Source of the DNA: a virus
Lineage: Duplodnaviria > Caudoviricetes
Direction: 5' to 3' (one strand)
DNA length: 39,944 nucleotides
Virus record (IMG/VR): IMGVR_UViG_3300044970_002245
Coordinates: 1 to 39,944 of that record
How positions within the stretch are numbered: position 1 is the stretch's first letter; every line of letters begins with the position of its first letter. Below, in pieces: positions 1-8,443 of this stretch. Under the pieces are notes generated by a model. The model searched no databases. It saw nothing but the letters and a program-made list of their open reading frames with translations, and was not told the origin of the DNA. A program made the position numbers and the translations under genes.

Positions 1-26
1 AGCGGAAAAACAAAACAATTAAGCAT

Positions 27-102
27 GGTCCATTAGTGTACGGGTTAGCACACTGCGCTCATAACGCATGAGGATAGGGTTCAACTCCCTGATGGACTAC
101 CA
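27..102 (+). tRNA. tRNA with CAT anticodon (Ile2-like or elongator Met)
   Basis: 76-nt cloverleaf: acceptor GGTCCAT/ATGGACT, D-stem GTGT/GCAC, anticodon loop CT-CAT-AA, T-arm TAGGG-TTCAACT-CCCTG, encoded ACCA end. Confidence 0.92.
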
Positions 103-116
103 ACAAGCAAAGGAGA

Positions 117-560
117 ATGATTATGACTAAACTATACCCTATAGGCACACAGCTTATAACGCATCGGCTCAGTCAAGCGGCACTTTTTGTTGATGTGTTT
201 CCAGAATCTAGCACAGAATTTGCCTCATTTTTTGATCCAGATGATGAGGTGGGTGTAAGGCATCTTGTTGGGTTTTGTTTAAGTGCGGATGAGTGGCGCG
301 TCATGGTTACCGAAGATAATCAAAAATGGCTAAGTCCTGTACCGATGGTAGGGGATTTGGTGGATGTTGATAAGAGATATTCAGTACCTACAATTATATA
401 TGTTTCTAAGTATGATGTTGGATTATTAGACAACCCTAGTGCAGTCGTTAAACGCATCATTGAACGCACCTACCCCAACGGACAACGCGCACCGTTGATT
501 GAGTGGGACGAAGTGATCCTGCCTACTGGTCAAACACCAAACACCCACCCTGCTCCCTAA
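117..560 (+). CDS. Hypothetical protein (true start probably ATG 123)
   Basis: 147-aa ORF after AGGAG RBS directly downstream of the tRNA. Confidence 0.7.
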   Translation: MIMTKLYPIGTQLITHRLSQAALFVDVFPESSTEFASFFDPDDEVGVRHLVGFCLSADEWRVMVTEDNQKWLSPVPMVGDLVDVDKRYSVPTIIYVSKYDVGLLDNPSAVVKRIIERTYPNGQRAPLIEWDEVILPTGQTPNTHPAP

Positions 561-780
561 CCCTATCCAGCAGATCGTCAATCTCTTGCCTAATGCTTTC
601 TAGGCAATGCACAGATGCGTTAATGTGGTAATCGTCAACCGTGTTGGCATGGAAACGCGCAACACGGCATAAACACTCTATCGTCTTCAGGTGGTTGTTT
701 TTCAGGATTATGTCCTGAACGTTTTTTAAAGGCTCTTGCTTTTTCTTTTTATACTCAAAAAGATCAATGACCTTCCTCAT
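523..780 (-). CDS. Hypothetical protein (MRKVIDLFEYKKKK...)
   Basis: Internal Met of the 523..852 ORF, overlapping the end of the HTH gene. Confidence 0.6.
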   Translation of the reverse strand: MRKVIDLFEYKKKKQEPLKNVQDIILKNNHLKTIECLCRVARFHANTVDDYHINASVHCLESIRQEIDDLLDRVREQGGCLVFDQ

Positions 781-1042
781 ACTGAATCTTGCCCTCAAAG
801 TATGCTTTTTTAATCTTCTCCGGCACGATCTCAAGTTCTCTAGCCACATCATCGAAATTTAAATCCAATACTTTACAAAGGCAACGTAAAAATGCTTCGT
901 CCTGACTTTTTGTGCGTCGGTCTTCGATAAAAAGAATCTTGTGACCCGATCCCGAAAAACCATAGTCTTTCATCAAATCAAGAACATGACCTCTTGACCA
1001 ACCCAACGATTCCCTGCGACTTCTTAAAAGCGTTTTGTGCAT
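764..1042 (-). CDS. XRE-family HTH transcriptional regulator (CI/Cro-like)
   Basis: LLRSRRESLGWSRGHV...IEDRRT...FLRCLCKVLDL is an HTH_3-like pattern; divergent from the rightward operon; 6 of the 7 codons that differ between the two copies are synonymous. Confidence 0.8.
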   Translation of the reverse strand: MHKTLLRSRRESLGWSRGHVLDLMKDYGFSGSGHKILFIEDRRTKSQDEAFLRCLCKVLDLNFDDVARELEIVPEKIKKAYFEGKIQYEEGH

Positions 1043-1058
1043 AACATCCTTTTTCTTC

Positions 1059-1102
1059 TTGACTTAGTCTTTGTCTATTTGGTATGTATATCACACACAC
1101 AC
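1059..1102 (+). promoter_or_regulatory. sigma70-like promoter/operator between the HTH gene and the rightward operon
   Basis: TTGACT-18-TATGTA followed by a (CA)n tract. Confidence 0.5.
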
Positions 1103-1121
1103 AAAAAAAGAAAGTGTTTTT

Positions 1122-1358
1122 ATGTCTACAAAAACGATAGTTGAAACAAAGCAACAAGCCTTCCCATTTTTGGGCCTTGATGTGCCTATTGAGAAAACAA
1201 ATCCTTATTTAAAGGAAATGGCAGAAAAGGGTTATAAACTGGATTCCGAACAGCTTGTTCTTACCAGTGAAGGTGGGATTCAGACGTATCACCACAAGAA
1301 AATTGTGGACGTTATTGAAGGTCCCGTTGAAAAATCGGAAGATTTGCCGACGTATTAA
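1122..1358 (+). CDS. Hypothetical protein
   Basis: ATG 1122 (MSTKTIV...) in the 1071..1358 frame; abuts the next gene. Confidence 0.65.
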   Translation: MSTKTIVETKQQAFPFLGLDVPIEKTNPYLKEMAEKGYKLDSEQLVLTSEGGIQTYHHKKIVDVIEGPVEKSEDLPTY

Positions 1359-1598
1359 ATGATATGCGATCACTCTTTGGATGATGCGGAAATAGACGTG
1401 GTTTTTGAAGTGTTGCCTAGGCCGCACTTCATCATCACGTTTTCCCCGTTCCCAGATGAGCCTGATTGCTTTGTTAAATGCGAGTTACCAGATTTGATAT
1501 GGCAAGTGGTTTGCGACAAGATAGACGCTGGAGAAGACCCGCGCACGCTATCAAACTGGCTTAGAATGTTATCTTATGAAATAGATGGGGCCGTGTGA
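1359..1598 (+). CDS. Hypothetical protein
   Basis: 79-aa ORF starting immediately after the previous stop. Confidence 0.65.
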   Translation: MICDHSLDDAEIDVVFEVLPRPHFIITFSPFPDEPDCFVKCELPDLIWQVVCDKIDAGEDPRTLSNWLRMLSYEIDGAV

Positions 1599-1744
1599 TG
1601 ATTGATTTTTTTAATTATTATGGAAACGCAGTTGTGGGAATCGACGTAGAGTTTACGTTGTATGAGGCGTTTCTTGCCTTTCTTGCACCGATTAGTGTGT
1701 ACTTTTTTTTCAAAGCCCTAAAATCTTTCAATAAAAAACAATGA
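1598..1744 (+). CDS. Small membrane protein, 48 aa (not in ORF track)
   Basis: Hand-translated MIDFFNYYGNAVVGIDVEFTLYEAFLAFLAPISVYFFFKALKSFNKKQ; TGATG and ATGA overlaps with both neighbours. Confidence 0.6.
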   Translation: MIDFFNYYGNAVVGIDVEFTLYEAFLAFLAPISVYFFFKALKSFNKKQ

Positions 1745-1899
1745 TTCTTAAAGCCGCCTGTTTTGTTTTGATTGTCACGGTGCTGGCTTTGGTGTCTCTG
1801 ATAGTGCTGGACGATCAAAAGGTGTGTTTTGATTATGGCCGCCTGAAAGATAAAATGGTGTCTATGGTTGTGGATTCTGAAACGGTGCCTGTGGAATGA
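1741..1899 (+). CDS. Small N-terminally anchored membrane protein, 52 aa (not in ORF track)
   Basis: Hand-translated MILKAACFVLIVTVLALVSLIVLDDQKV...; ATGA overlaps at both ends. Confidence 0.6.
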   Translation: MILKAACFVLIVTVLALVSLIVLDDQKVCFDYGRLKDKMVSMVVDSETVPVE

Positions 1900-2288
1900 T
1901 ACGCTTGCCAAAAGCCTTTTTTAAAGGCAAAAAACCACCTAAGGCAGCTAAAGCACCTAAAGTCAAAAGCATTGAGGAATCCTCGGGACTTGAATGCAAG
2001 TTTCTTTATCTTTGGGAAATGCTTTCAAGGCACAAACTGGAAAAGGAATACAAGTTTCACCCTGTGAGAAAATGGCGGTTTGACTACGCGCACCCCAAAA
2101 GCAAAATAGCCATCGAGATTGAGGGCATCAATACGCACAAAATGGGCCGTCACCAGACGCTTGTGGGATACTCAAAGGACTGTGAGAAATACAATCAAGC
2201 GCAGTTTATGGGCTGGAAAGTCTACCGCCTTACACAAGTCATGATAACCGAAGACTGGATTCTGTTTGTCAATAACCAGATAAAATAA
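1896..2288 (+). CDS. DUF559/Vsr-like PD-(D/E)XK endonuclease
   Basis: EYKFHPVRKWRFDYA...IAIEIEG...H...DCEKYN.AQFMGWKVYR motifs. Confidence 0.8.
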   Translation: MIRLPKAFFKGKKPPKAAKAPKVKSIEESSGLECKFLYLWEMLSRHKLEKEYKFHPVRKWRFDYAHPKSKIAIEIEGINTHKMGRHQTLVGYSKDCEKYNQAQFMGWKVYRLTQVMITEDWILFVNNQIK

Positions 2289-2291
2289 ACG

Positions 2292-2335
2292 TTGACTTGG
2301 TTTGCTTTGTTGTGTATTGTATACAAGCAACAACA
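2292..2335 (+). promoter_or_regulatory. sigma70-like promoter with shared operator-like motif
   Basis: TTGACT-17-TATTGT; 2306-2335 matches 38028-38057 at 28/30. Confidence 0.7.
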
Positions 2336-2356
2336 CCAACACAAAGGAACCATGAT

Positions 2357-3274
2357 ATGTTTACAAAAGCCGAGAAGAAAAAACAGAAATTGAGACTTGC
2401 CTTAACGGGGCCATCGGGAAGTGGAAAGACGTATTCCGCGCTTACAATGGCTTTTGGCATTTTTGGGAAGGATGCCAAGGTTTGCGTTATTGACACTGAG
2501 CATGGTTCTGCGGAACTTTATAGCGATAAATTTCCTGAGTATTATGTATCTCAGTTTTCGCCTCCGTATGCCCCTGAAGCTTATATAAAGCGCATTAAAG
2601 AGGCAGAAGCATTTGGGGCGGATGTTATCATCATTGACAGCATAAGCCATGAATGGAACGGCCAAGGCGGGTGCTTAGAGCAGGTGGACACCGTGACAAA
2701 AGCTTCATCGTCAAGAAATAGCTACACGTCATGGAAAGACGTAACGCCAAAACACCAAGCCTTTATCGACGCTATTTTAGCCTCTAAATGTCACATTATT
2801 GCAACAATGCGGGCCAAACAAGAATATGCGCTTGTTGAGAAAAACGGTAAAAAAATGCCAGAAAAAATAGGGCTGGCCCCTATCCAACGGGAAGGCATGG
2901 ACTATGAATTTACGCTTGTCTTTGATCTTCCTGGCGGCGGGAACTTCATGGCTTCCTCTTCTAAGGATAGAACGGGATTCTTTTCTGGGAAGATATTTCC
3001 CATTGATGAAACGTTGTGTTCAGGCATTTTAAACTGGCTTAACTCTGGGCAAGAACCCGAGAAAAAGACGACGATGCCACCAGAGTTTATAGCGCAAAAG
3101 ATGGTTGAAAAATTAAGAACTATTGAGAATGAAAGAGACCTTAATGCTTCCATGGAAAAAATTGAGGAAAAGTACAAAGACAACCAAGTGATTATGGACA
3201 TTATCAACCCCGTGTACTTTGAAATGGTAAATAAACTGGAAAAACCATTTGAAAATCAAGACAATGGTGTATAA
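2357..3274 (+). CDS. AAA_24 / Sak4-like P-loop ATPase (putative recombinase)
   Basis: Walker A GPSGSGKT, VIDTE, Walker B IIIDS, REGMDYEF; RBS AAGGA before MFTKA. Confidence 0.8.
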   Translation: MFTKAEKKKQKLRLALTGPSGSGKTYSALTMAFGIFGKDAKVCVIDTEHGSAELYSDKFPEYYVSQFSPPYAPEAYIKRIKEAEAFGADVIIIDSISHEWNGQGGCLEQVDTVTKASSSRNSYTSWKDVTPKHQAFIDAILASKCHIIATMRAKQEYALVEKNGKKMPEKIGLAPIQREGMDYEFTLVFDLPGGGNFMASSSKDRTGFFSGKIFPIDETLCSGILNWLNSGQEPEKKTTMPPEFIAQKMVEKLRTIENERDLNASMEKIEEKYKDNQVIMDIINPVYFEMVNKLEKPFENQDNGV

Positions 3275-3306
3275 AGTTATGTAAAACCTGCCAAAGGAGA
3301 GATGAA

Positions 3307-3594
3307 GTGAGGTTCTTTTTTTCACTCTCTAAACCTAAAAAACCCCAAATAAAGGAAGACCCCATGTCTGAAGTTCAACAACACTTAGCCGCTATTGATG
3401 AAATTTACAAAAAATCTTATTTTGATCTGTCGCAAAACCTGATTTCTATGGCTTTTCGCATTATCAATTGTCCTGAGATGAGTAAAATTAGCGCAGAAAA
3501 AGGGCAACAACTGATTCAGTTTGCTGCTTCCGATCAGCAAAATTTTGCTAACCAAGCCAAATCCATTGTTGCACACGTGCAACAGGGAAACTAA
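3307..3594 (+). CDS. Hypothetical protein (alternative start 3364)
   Basis: ORF after candidate promoter TTGAAA-17-TAAAGT (3249-3277) and AAGGAG. Confidence 0.55.
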   Translation: MRFFFSLSKPKKPQIKEDPMSEVQQHLAAIDEIYKKSYFDLSQNLISMAFRIINCPEMSKISAEKGQQLIQFAASDQQNFANQAKSIVAHVQQGN

Positions 3595-3605
3595 GGGCCC
3601 CTGTT

Positions 3606-3851
3606 GTGGATGACAGCAGCAATACAAATACCAAATTGCTTATAACGCTTATTGGTATTGTCATCGCCACCATTGCGGGGGCTGGAACCTATTTTCTGAA
3701 AACGCAAGCGGACATGGATAAAAACCTTGCCGTAATGGTGGCGATTATGAAAAAAGAAGATGAGCAATCCGATTTTGCCAAACTCGAAGAGCGCGTTACC
3801 AATATCGAAAACGCCATCCCAACCCTTATCGCTAACCAAGGGGCTAAATGA
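3606..3851 (+). CDS. Single-TM coiled-coil protein, holin/antiholin-like
   Basis: Hydrophobic LLITLIGIVIATIAGAGTYFL, coiled-coil tail, overlaps the lysozyme start. Confidence 0.55.
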   Translation: MDDSSNTNTKLLITLIGIVIATIAGAGTYFLKTQADMDKNLAVMVAIMKKEDEQSDFAKLEERVTNIENAIPTLIANQGAK

Positions 3852-4315
3852 TGCTAACTCTTTCTCAAGATGGAATTGACCTGATCCATGCTTTTGAAGG
3901 GTGCGTGTTAAAGATTTACAAGGATTCTGCTGGCATTGACACCATTGGGTGGGGTCACAGAGTATGGCCAGAGGAAATACCTCAATTCCAAAACGGAATC
4001 ACTCAAGAACAAGCGGATGCTTTGTTTTTAAAAGATGCGGCAAAGAAAGAAAACTCTGTTCGGGATTTGATTTTTTATCCCATAAACCAAGGGCAATTTG
4101 ATGCGCTTGTGTCCTTCACCTTTAACCTTGGGCGCAGGAACCTTGAACAATCCACCCTTCGTCGCATGGTGAATGAAGGAAGAATTGACGGAGCAGCCAG
4201 AGAATTTGAACGCTGGATTTATATAAACAAAATCCCCTCTAACGGCCTTCGCAGACGCAGAAAGGCAGAATCTTTGATGTTTATGGGAGACTTAAAGTGG
4301 CGAGACCTGATTTAA
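3848..4315 (+). CDS. Endolysin, GH24 phage lysozyme
   Basis: E-x8-D-x5-T catalytic motif (FEGCVLKIYKDSAGIDTIGWG), QFDALVSFTFNLG, GLRRRRKAE. Confidence 0.93.
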   Translation: MMLTLSQDGIDLIHAFEGCVLKIYKDSAGIDTIGWGHRVWPEEIPQFQNGITQEQADALFLKDAAKKENSVRDLIFYPINQGQFDALVSFTFNLGRRNLEQSTLRRMVNEGRIDGAAREFERWIYINKIPSNGLRRRRKAESLMFMGDLKWRDLI

Positions 4316-4602
4316 ATAAATATGAAAAAAGAGACAACTTTATGGGCGAAACAAATGTGCATTGGCTGTGCGTGGATTTGAATAAAATGCTAAAAGCAAT
4401 GCACTATATTTTGCCAGAAATTGCCCATGCTATGCGTCTTAATTTGGAGGATGTGGACAAAAAAAAGAGGGAAACCTTAGAGGATATTATTGAATTTACA
4501 GATGATCTTGCTCAATATATCCGCCGTGAACAAGAAAGAAACATTGATAAAATGAGAGAATTTTCAGGGTTAAGGGAATACGGGAAAGGCATGAAACTAT
4601 GA
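4297..4602 (+). CDS. Hypothetical protein in lysis cassette
   Basis: 101-aa ORF overlapping both neighbours; GGAG before GTG. Confidence 0.6.
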   Translation: MARPDLNKYEKRDNFMGETNVHWLCVDLNKMLKAMHYILPEIAHAMRLNLEDVDKKKRETLEDIIEFTDDLAQYIRREQERNIDKMREFSGLREYGKGMKL

Positions 4603-5114
4603 GTACATGGAAGGACGTAGGCGCATGGCTAAGCAGAAACGGCACGGAAGGCGCAAACCTTGTCGGTTCACTTTTAACTGGAAACCTTGGAAATGCTGTA
4701 GAGGCTGGCGTAAAGCTGGTTTCAGGGGCAACACACTATGCAACGCCTGACCAAGCACTATCCGTCCTGCAAAACGATCCACAGGCTCTAGAGCGGCTTA
4801 AAAAGATGGCTTACGACAATGAAGCCTCTATTCGCTCTCACCTGCTGGAAATGGAACGCATCCGACTACAAGATGCCCAGCTAGAGCAAAAGGAAACGCA
4901 AGACACCATTAGAGCAGGGGACAAAGCAGATGATATTTTTGTGCGCTCTACCCGCCCTGGTATGGCGTGGCTAGGACTCTTAGGAAGCATTGCTTATGTT
5001 ATTCTTATGCCCAGCCCCAACGAAAAGGTATTTGATGGGCTTATGATGCTGCCCTACATTTACATGGGGCTGAGAACGTTTGATAAGTTTTCATCATTAA
5101 GAGCAAAAGCATGA
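4599..5114 (+). CDS. Holin-like protein (GTA 3TM-holin-like)
   Basis: N-terminal Gly-rich helices, coiled coil, RSTRPGMAW + TM segment, C-terminal YMGLRTFDK. Confidence 0.65.
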   Translation: MSTWKDVGAWLSRNGTEGANLVGSLLTGNLGNAVEAGVKLVSGATHYATPDQALSVLQNDPQALERLKKMAYDNEASIRSHLLEMERIRLQDAQLEQKETQDTIRAGDKADDIFVRSTRPGMAWLGLLGSIAYVILMPSPNEKVFDGLMMLPYIYMGLRTFDKFSSLRAKA

Positions 5115-5365
5115 AATACAAAACAAAACCCGTTGCAATTGAGGCTATGCAATATGATGGGACATACGAGTCCTACAATGCAATGGTAAACCACTGGGGT
5201 AAAGATTTTTTCAGAATGTGCCACCACCATGACGGGTTATTTCAAATTGAAACTTTAGAGGGGAGAATGCGTGCCGCTAAAGATGATTTTATCATTAAGG
5301 GTATGGAAGGTGAATTTTACCCGTGCAAACCGAGCATTTTTCACAAAAAATATGAACCTGTATAA
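5111..5365 (+). CDS. Conserved phage protein (KPVxIEA / TLEG / GEFYPCKP family)
   Basis: [10 protein letters not shown]...IETLEG...[24 protein letters not shown] is a widespread phage motif of unknown function. Confidence 0.75.
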   Translation: MKYKTKPVAIEAMQYDGTYESYNAMVNHWGKDFFRMCHHHDGLFQIETLEGRMRAAKDDFIIKGMEGEFYPCKPSIFHKKYEPV

Positions 5366-5410
5366 AAGCGGGTCTGGTTCAGTCTAGCCTTAGAAAGCCA
5401 ACGACCCGCA
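5364..5410 (-). ncRNA. Candidate small RNA or terminator at the convergence of lysis and virion operons
   Basis: GCGGGTC/GACCCGC stem followed by TTTT; own promoter TTGCTA-17-TATAAA (5444-5416). Confidence 0.4.
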
Positions 5411-5489
5411 CTGTTTTTATACAGCAAAAACGATTGACTAGCAACCCTTTCCTCCGCCTTTTCCTTTTTTCTTTTTCATAAAAACTCCT

Positions 5490-6110
5490 TTAATTCCAGT
5501 CTACGGTTGGGGCATTTCTATCCCCTGTGGGAGACGTTGATGCCTGTGCAAATACGGTTGTACCATCCAGTTTATAAATTGTCACTTGTCCTGTTGTTTC
5601 GTTAATATCAACTCTAGCAAGCTGCGTTCTTGTTACGCCTCTAAGCATTTGACCCGCAGAAACAGAGCCTTCTAAAATATAATTCCACACCTCTTGAGCA
5701 ATCTCTTGGGCTGTGGGGCATGGACCCGTAACAGTTGTTAGTGTACCTGTCCCTGAACCCGTTAAAGCCCCAAGCGTGACGTTTCCTGTCCCCGTTATGG
5801 GTGGCGTGCCCAAAACCCCCGTGCCCGATCCTGTGAGGCTCCCAAGGGTTACAGACCCTTGCCCCTTAATCTGCAAAGACCCTGTCGCCGTACCCGTCAA
5901 GGCCCCAAGCGTAACGCTGGCCGCGCCTGAAATTGATAGGGTACCCGTTCCCGATCCTGTCACGGGACCAAGGGTAACGCTACCCGTGCCCGTAATTGTA
6001 CTGCCAAGAACCCCCGTACCCGATCCCGTGAGAGGCCCTAAAGTTACGGATGCTGTGCCTTCAATAGGCCCCGCCGCCCCTCCTTGGTTGAACAAGACAA
6101 GAAGCGACAC
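5490..6110 (-). CDS. Gly/Thr-rich repeat virion (fibre-like) protein
   Basis: Five VTLGx(L/V)TG(S/T)xTG repeats and a C-terminal EIAQEVW domain; last gene of the virion operon. Confidence 0.65.
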   Translation of the reverse strand: MSLLVLFNQGGAAGPIEGTASVTLGPLTGSGTGVLGSTITGTGSVTLGPVTGSGTGTLSISGAASVTLGALTGTATGSLQIKGQGSVTLGSLTGSGTGVLGTPPITGTGNVTLGALTGSGTGTLTTVTGPCPTAQEIAQEVWNYILEGSVSAGQMLRGVTRTQLARVDINETTGQVTIYKLDGTTVFAQASTSPTGDRNAPTVDWN

Positions 6111-6116
6111 GGCATG

Positions 6117-7904
6117 TTACCTTTGAATGGCAATGTCAAAAGAGTATACTGAGCTAGAACTTAGATTCGTCAAAAACCCTAGTTTTGTTGATTCATCAAT
6201 CATAAAAGACATGGCACATTTACCACCAACGACGGCTGTTGACGGCGTAAAGGGAAGAAATGTTCCCGGGTCCAAAATCCTATTTTTAAGGTCTAAACGG
6301 GCAAACCTTTGCGTGGCATTGACGCAAATATGCAAAAACCGACCACCAAATGTAACAGGGTCATAGGCCCCACTAGTGCCCGTGGTAAACGCTTGGCCTT
6401 TGTTGCCATACCATATATCCGCTGTCCACACACCTGTTGACCCCGCGGCAATATCAAGCACGTCAATAATTGCACTGTTACCACCGCGAATACGGTAAAT
6501 CATAGAGTGCCTTACGGACTTCTGATTACCAAGGGAAATCCCGAAGGATTGCGCCGCAACAATCCCAGCACCACCAGCAGCCGGCGAGGCAGCAAATGTT
6601 GTGGTGTCCCAAGCGTTGGTTGAGGCGTTATAGGTATAAACCGCGGTTTGGTTGGTAAACAAAAGAATCTTATCATCATCATTTTCAACAACAAATTTCG
6701 CTGATGAGGATGGGGTTACGGCAAAAGCTGGCACCGTAAAAACACCCGCTGCGCCGCTCGTGTGTGATGTGATCCGTCGTCTTTGACCTACGGCTGTTGT
6801 GTTGACCGTATCCTCGACAATCCGAATTTGGAAGTTTCTGTACTCGTCCGCTAAAAGAGTGGTCGGCATTCCACTGCCTGTGATGGTTGTGCTTGTCGCT
6901 GCCGTAGCGGCAATACAGTTTTTTCCACCATCATAAGTCGTTCCACCACTTACAAAACCAATGCTTGGGCTTCTGTCGTTTTGAACATAATCCTCACACA
7001 GATGAAGAAAAGTGCTGTCTGTACCGATGGTTGGTAAGTTTGTTGTGGCCAAGTTACCGCTGTAAGTGTTTGTTGCCGAATCATAATACTTAAACATTCC
7101 AGCCGTTGGTGCGCCCGTGTTAATCATAAAAACACGCCCAGAGCGTATTTCAAAGGTCGAACCCGCTACGGGCGTAAAGGTTAAAGCAGCGGATAACTCC
7201 ACCGTTGGGGCAGCCCCGAAAGTGTTACCTATGATCTTTCTTTCCTCGACTTTCCCAGACCCACCAGACCCGTTATCAATAATGCGAATGGTGTACCCCA
7301 CCCCATCCCCGCGGTTGGCAAGCTGATTGTTTGCAGCTGCTGGCCCTACGGTCAATGTGCCCGATGCAGCTCCAGCGTTTAAACACGTGAAGGTAAATGT
7401 GGTTCCTGTGGGGACTGTAAGAATAGACACAAGGCCAAGAGGAATTGCCGTGGCATCCGACGTTATGGAAACAAAGACCTGTTGTCCAATTTGGTAGTTG
7501 TGGTTGCGGGTTGTTGTCACCGTCGCCGTTGTTGTTGACCGCGCCCAAGTAGCCGCCGCAGGAACATCATTACCCAAACCATCCAAATTGATCAACGTGG
7601 TTGTTGAACCCGACAAAATACGTGATCTTGGGCCATAAGAGGCTGCAAAAACACACGCAGAACCAGCCCCAAAAGTCCCCGCCAAAGCCGGAGACGATAA
7701 AGGAATCCACTCGTCCGTTGTGGTATCTTTTTTATCCAACGCCGTGGCTGACCTAAACAAGTAAATGTTTTTTGTTCTGTCAGCACTGGAATTGCTCATA
7801 TCGTAAGCAAGGCACATACCATTGTTTACTGCTGCCAATACCGGTGCGCTAGGTCGCCATTTTGGCAAGTCAACAATGTCTTTAAAATTTAATGTCGTTG
7901 CCAT
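6117..7904 (-). CDS. Large beta-rich virion/receptor-binding protein
   Basis: ~595 aa, T/G/A-rich beta-strand composition, in the tail-fibre region. Confidence 0.6.
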   Translation of the reverse strand: MATTLNFKDIVDLPKWRPSAPVLAAVNNGMCLAYDMSNSSADRTKNIYLFRSATALDKKDTTTDEWIPLSSPALAGTFGAGSACVFAASYGPRSRILSGSTTTLINLDGLGNDVPAAATWARSTTTATVTTTRNHNYQIGQQVFVSITSDATAIPLGLVSILTVPTGTTFTFTCLNAGAASGTLTVGPAAANNQLANRGDGVGYTIRIIDNGSGGSGKVEERKIIGNTFGAAPTVELSAALTFTPVAGSTFEIRSGRVFMINTGAPTAGMFKYYDSATNTYSGNLATTNLPTIGTDSTFLHLCEDYVQNDRSPSIGFVSGGTTYDGGKNCIAATAATSTTITGSGMPTTLLADEYRNFQIRIVEDTVNTTAVGQRRRITSHTSGAAGVFTVPAFAVTPSSSAKFVVENDDDKILLFTNQTAVYTYNASTNAWDTTTFAASPAAGGAGIVAAQSFGISLGNQKSVRHSMIYRIRGGNSAIIDVLDIAAGSTGVWTADIWYGNKGQAFTTGTSGAYDPVTFGGRFLHICVNATQRFARLDLKNRILDPGTFLPFTPSTAVVGGKCAMSFMIDESTKLGFLTNLSSSSVYSFDIAIQR

Positions 7905-7905
7905 A

Positions 7906-8091
7906 TTAAGCCACCTCTGTGTAGTCATTTAAGGTTAAAGAAATTTCGGGTAGTTGGCCTTCCCTGCGAATGATGTACAAGGCTTGACCAACATCAAAAG
8001 TTTCTCCGGGCTTGGCATAAATCAATGCCCGATCTGCGGAAACTTGCTCCACCTCACACAAAGCACCATTTTTGTCACGGTAAAGACTCAT
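7906..8091 (-). CDS. Hypothetical protein
   Basis: MSLYRDKNG... start overlapping the upstream stop. Confidence 0.55.
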   Translation of the reverse strand: MSLYRDKNGALCEVEQVSADRALIYAKPGETFDVGQALYIIRREGQLPEISLTLNDYTEVA

Positions 8092-8423
8092 GTAATTTGC
8101 CCTCTTAAAGACGTTGCCCAAGCTGTTTGCATATTGTCCAAAAATATCTGATCGGTAGAACGGCTGTTCAAATTATTTAACGTCCCCGTTGTAGTCACGG
8201 TACTCACAGTGTTCACTGTGTTTAAAGTACCGCCAGAATTAGAAACCCGCAGATTCCCCGTCGTCCCATCAAGCCAAATGGGATGCGCTATGTTTTTTAA
8301 AACCGATAAAAGAGCCGCACATTCTGTTTCCCCAAGAACAATGACCTGACGCTGCGATCCATCCTGCTGCTCTCTTGTTTCAACAGATGAACCTGCTCCG
8401 GGTAATGTGACGTTATCTGCCAT
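8088..8423 (-). CDS. Hypothetical virion protein
   Basis: MADNVTLPG..., VxTVxTV repeats, GGGAAG RBS. Confidence 0.6.
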   Translation of the reverse strand: MADNVTLPGAGSSVETREQQDGSQRQVIVLGETECAALLSVLKNIAHPIWLDGTTGNLRVSNSGGTLNTVNTVSTVTTTGTLNNLNSRSTDQIFLDNMQTAWATSLRGQIT

Positions 8424-8443
8424 GTTCTTCCCCTAAATGAGAA

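Larger units (their letters stand above)
1..1129. repeat. Left copy of ~1.13-kb terminal direct repeat (circular overlap or terminal redundancy)
   Basis: Read against 38818-39944: identical except a 2-bp indel near 115-116 and 10 substitutions between 917 and 1030. Confidence 0.97.

Noticed and set aside
27-102. tRNA duplicated at both ends as attL/attR of a prophage
   Set aside because: The duplication is part of a 1.1-kb repeat containing phage genes; no integrase and no host flanks
917-1030. Diversity-generating retroelement TR/VR pair (BPP-1-like phages carry DGRs)
   Set aside because: Differences are not adenine-specific on either strand and are almost all synonymous; no reverse transcriptase ORF is present
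1618-1911. His-rich minus-strand ORF
   Set aside because: Better explained by two overlap-coupled plus-strand ORFs in the same interval
5740-6060. CRISPR-like or non-coding tandem repeat
   Set aside because: Repeats are degenerate at third codon positions and encode the protein repeat; no constant repeat/unique spacer pattern
5713-6126. 137-aa Pro/Val-rich plus-strand ORF
   Set aside because: Antisense shadow of the Gly/Thr repeat gene
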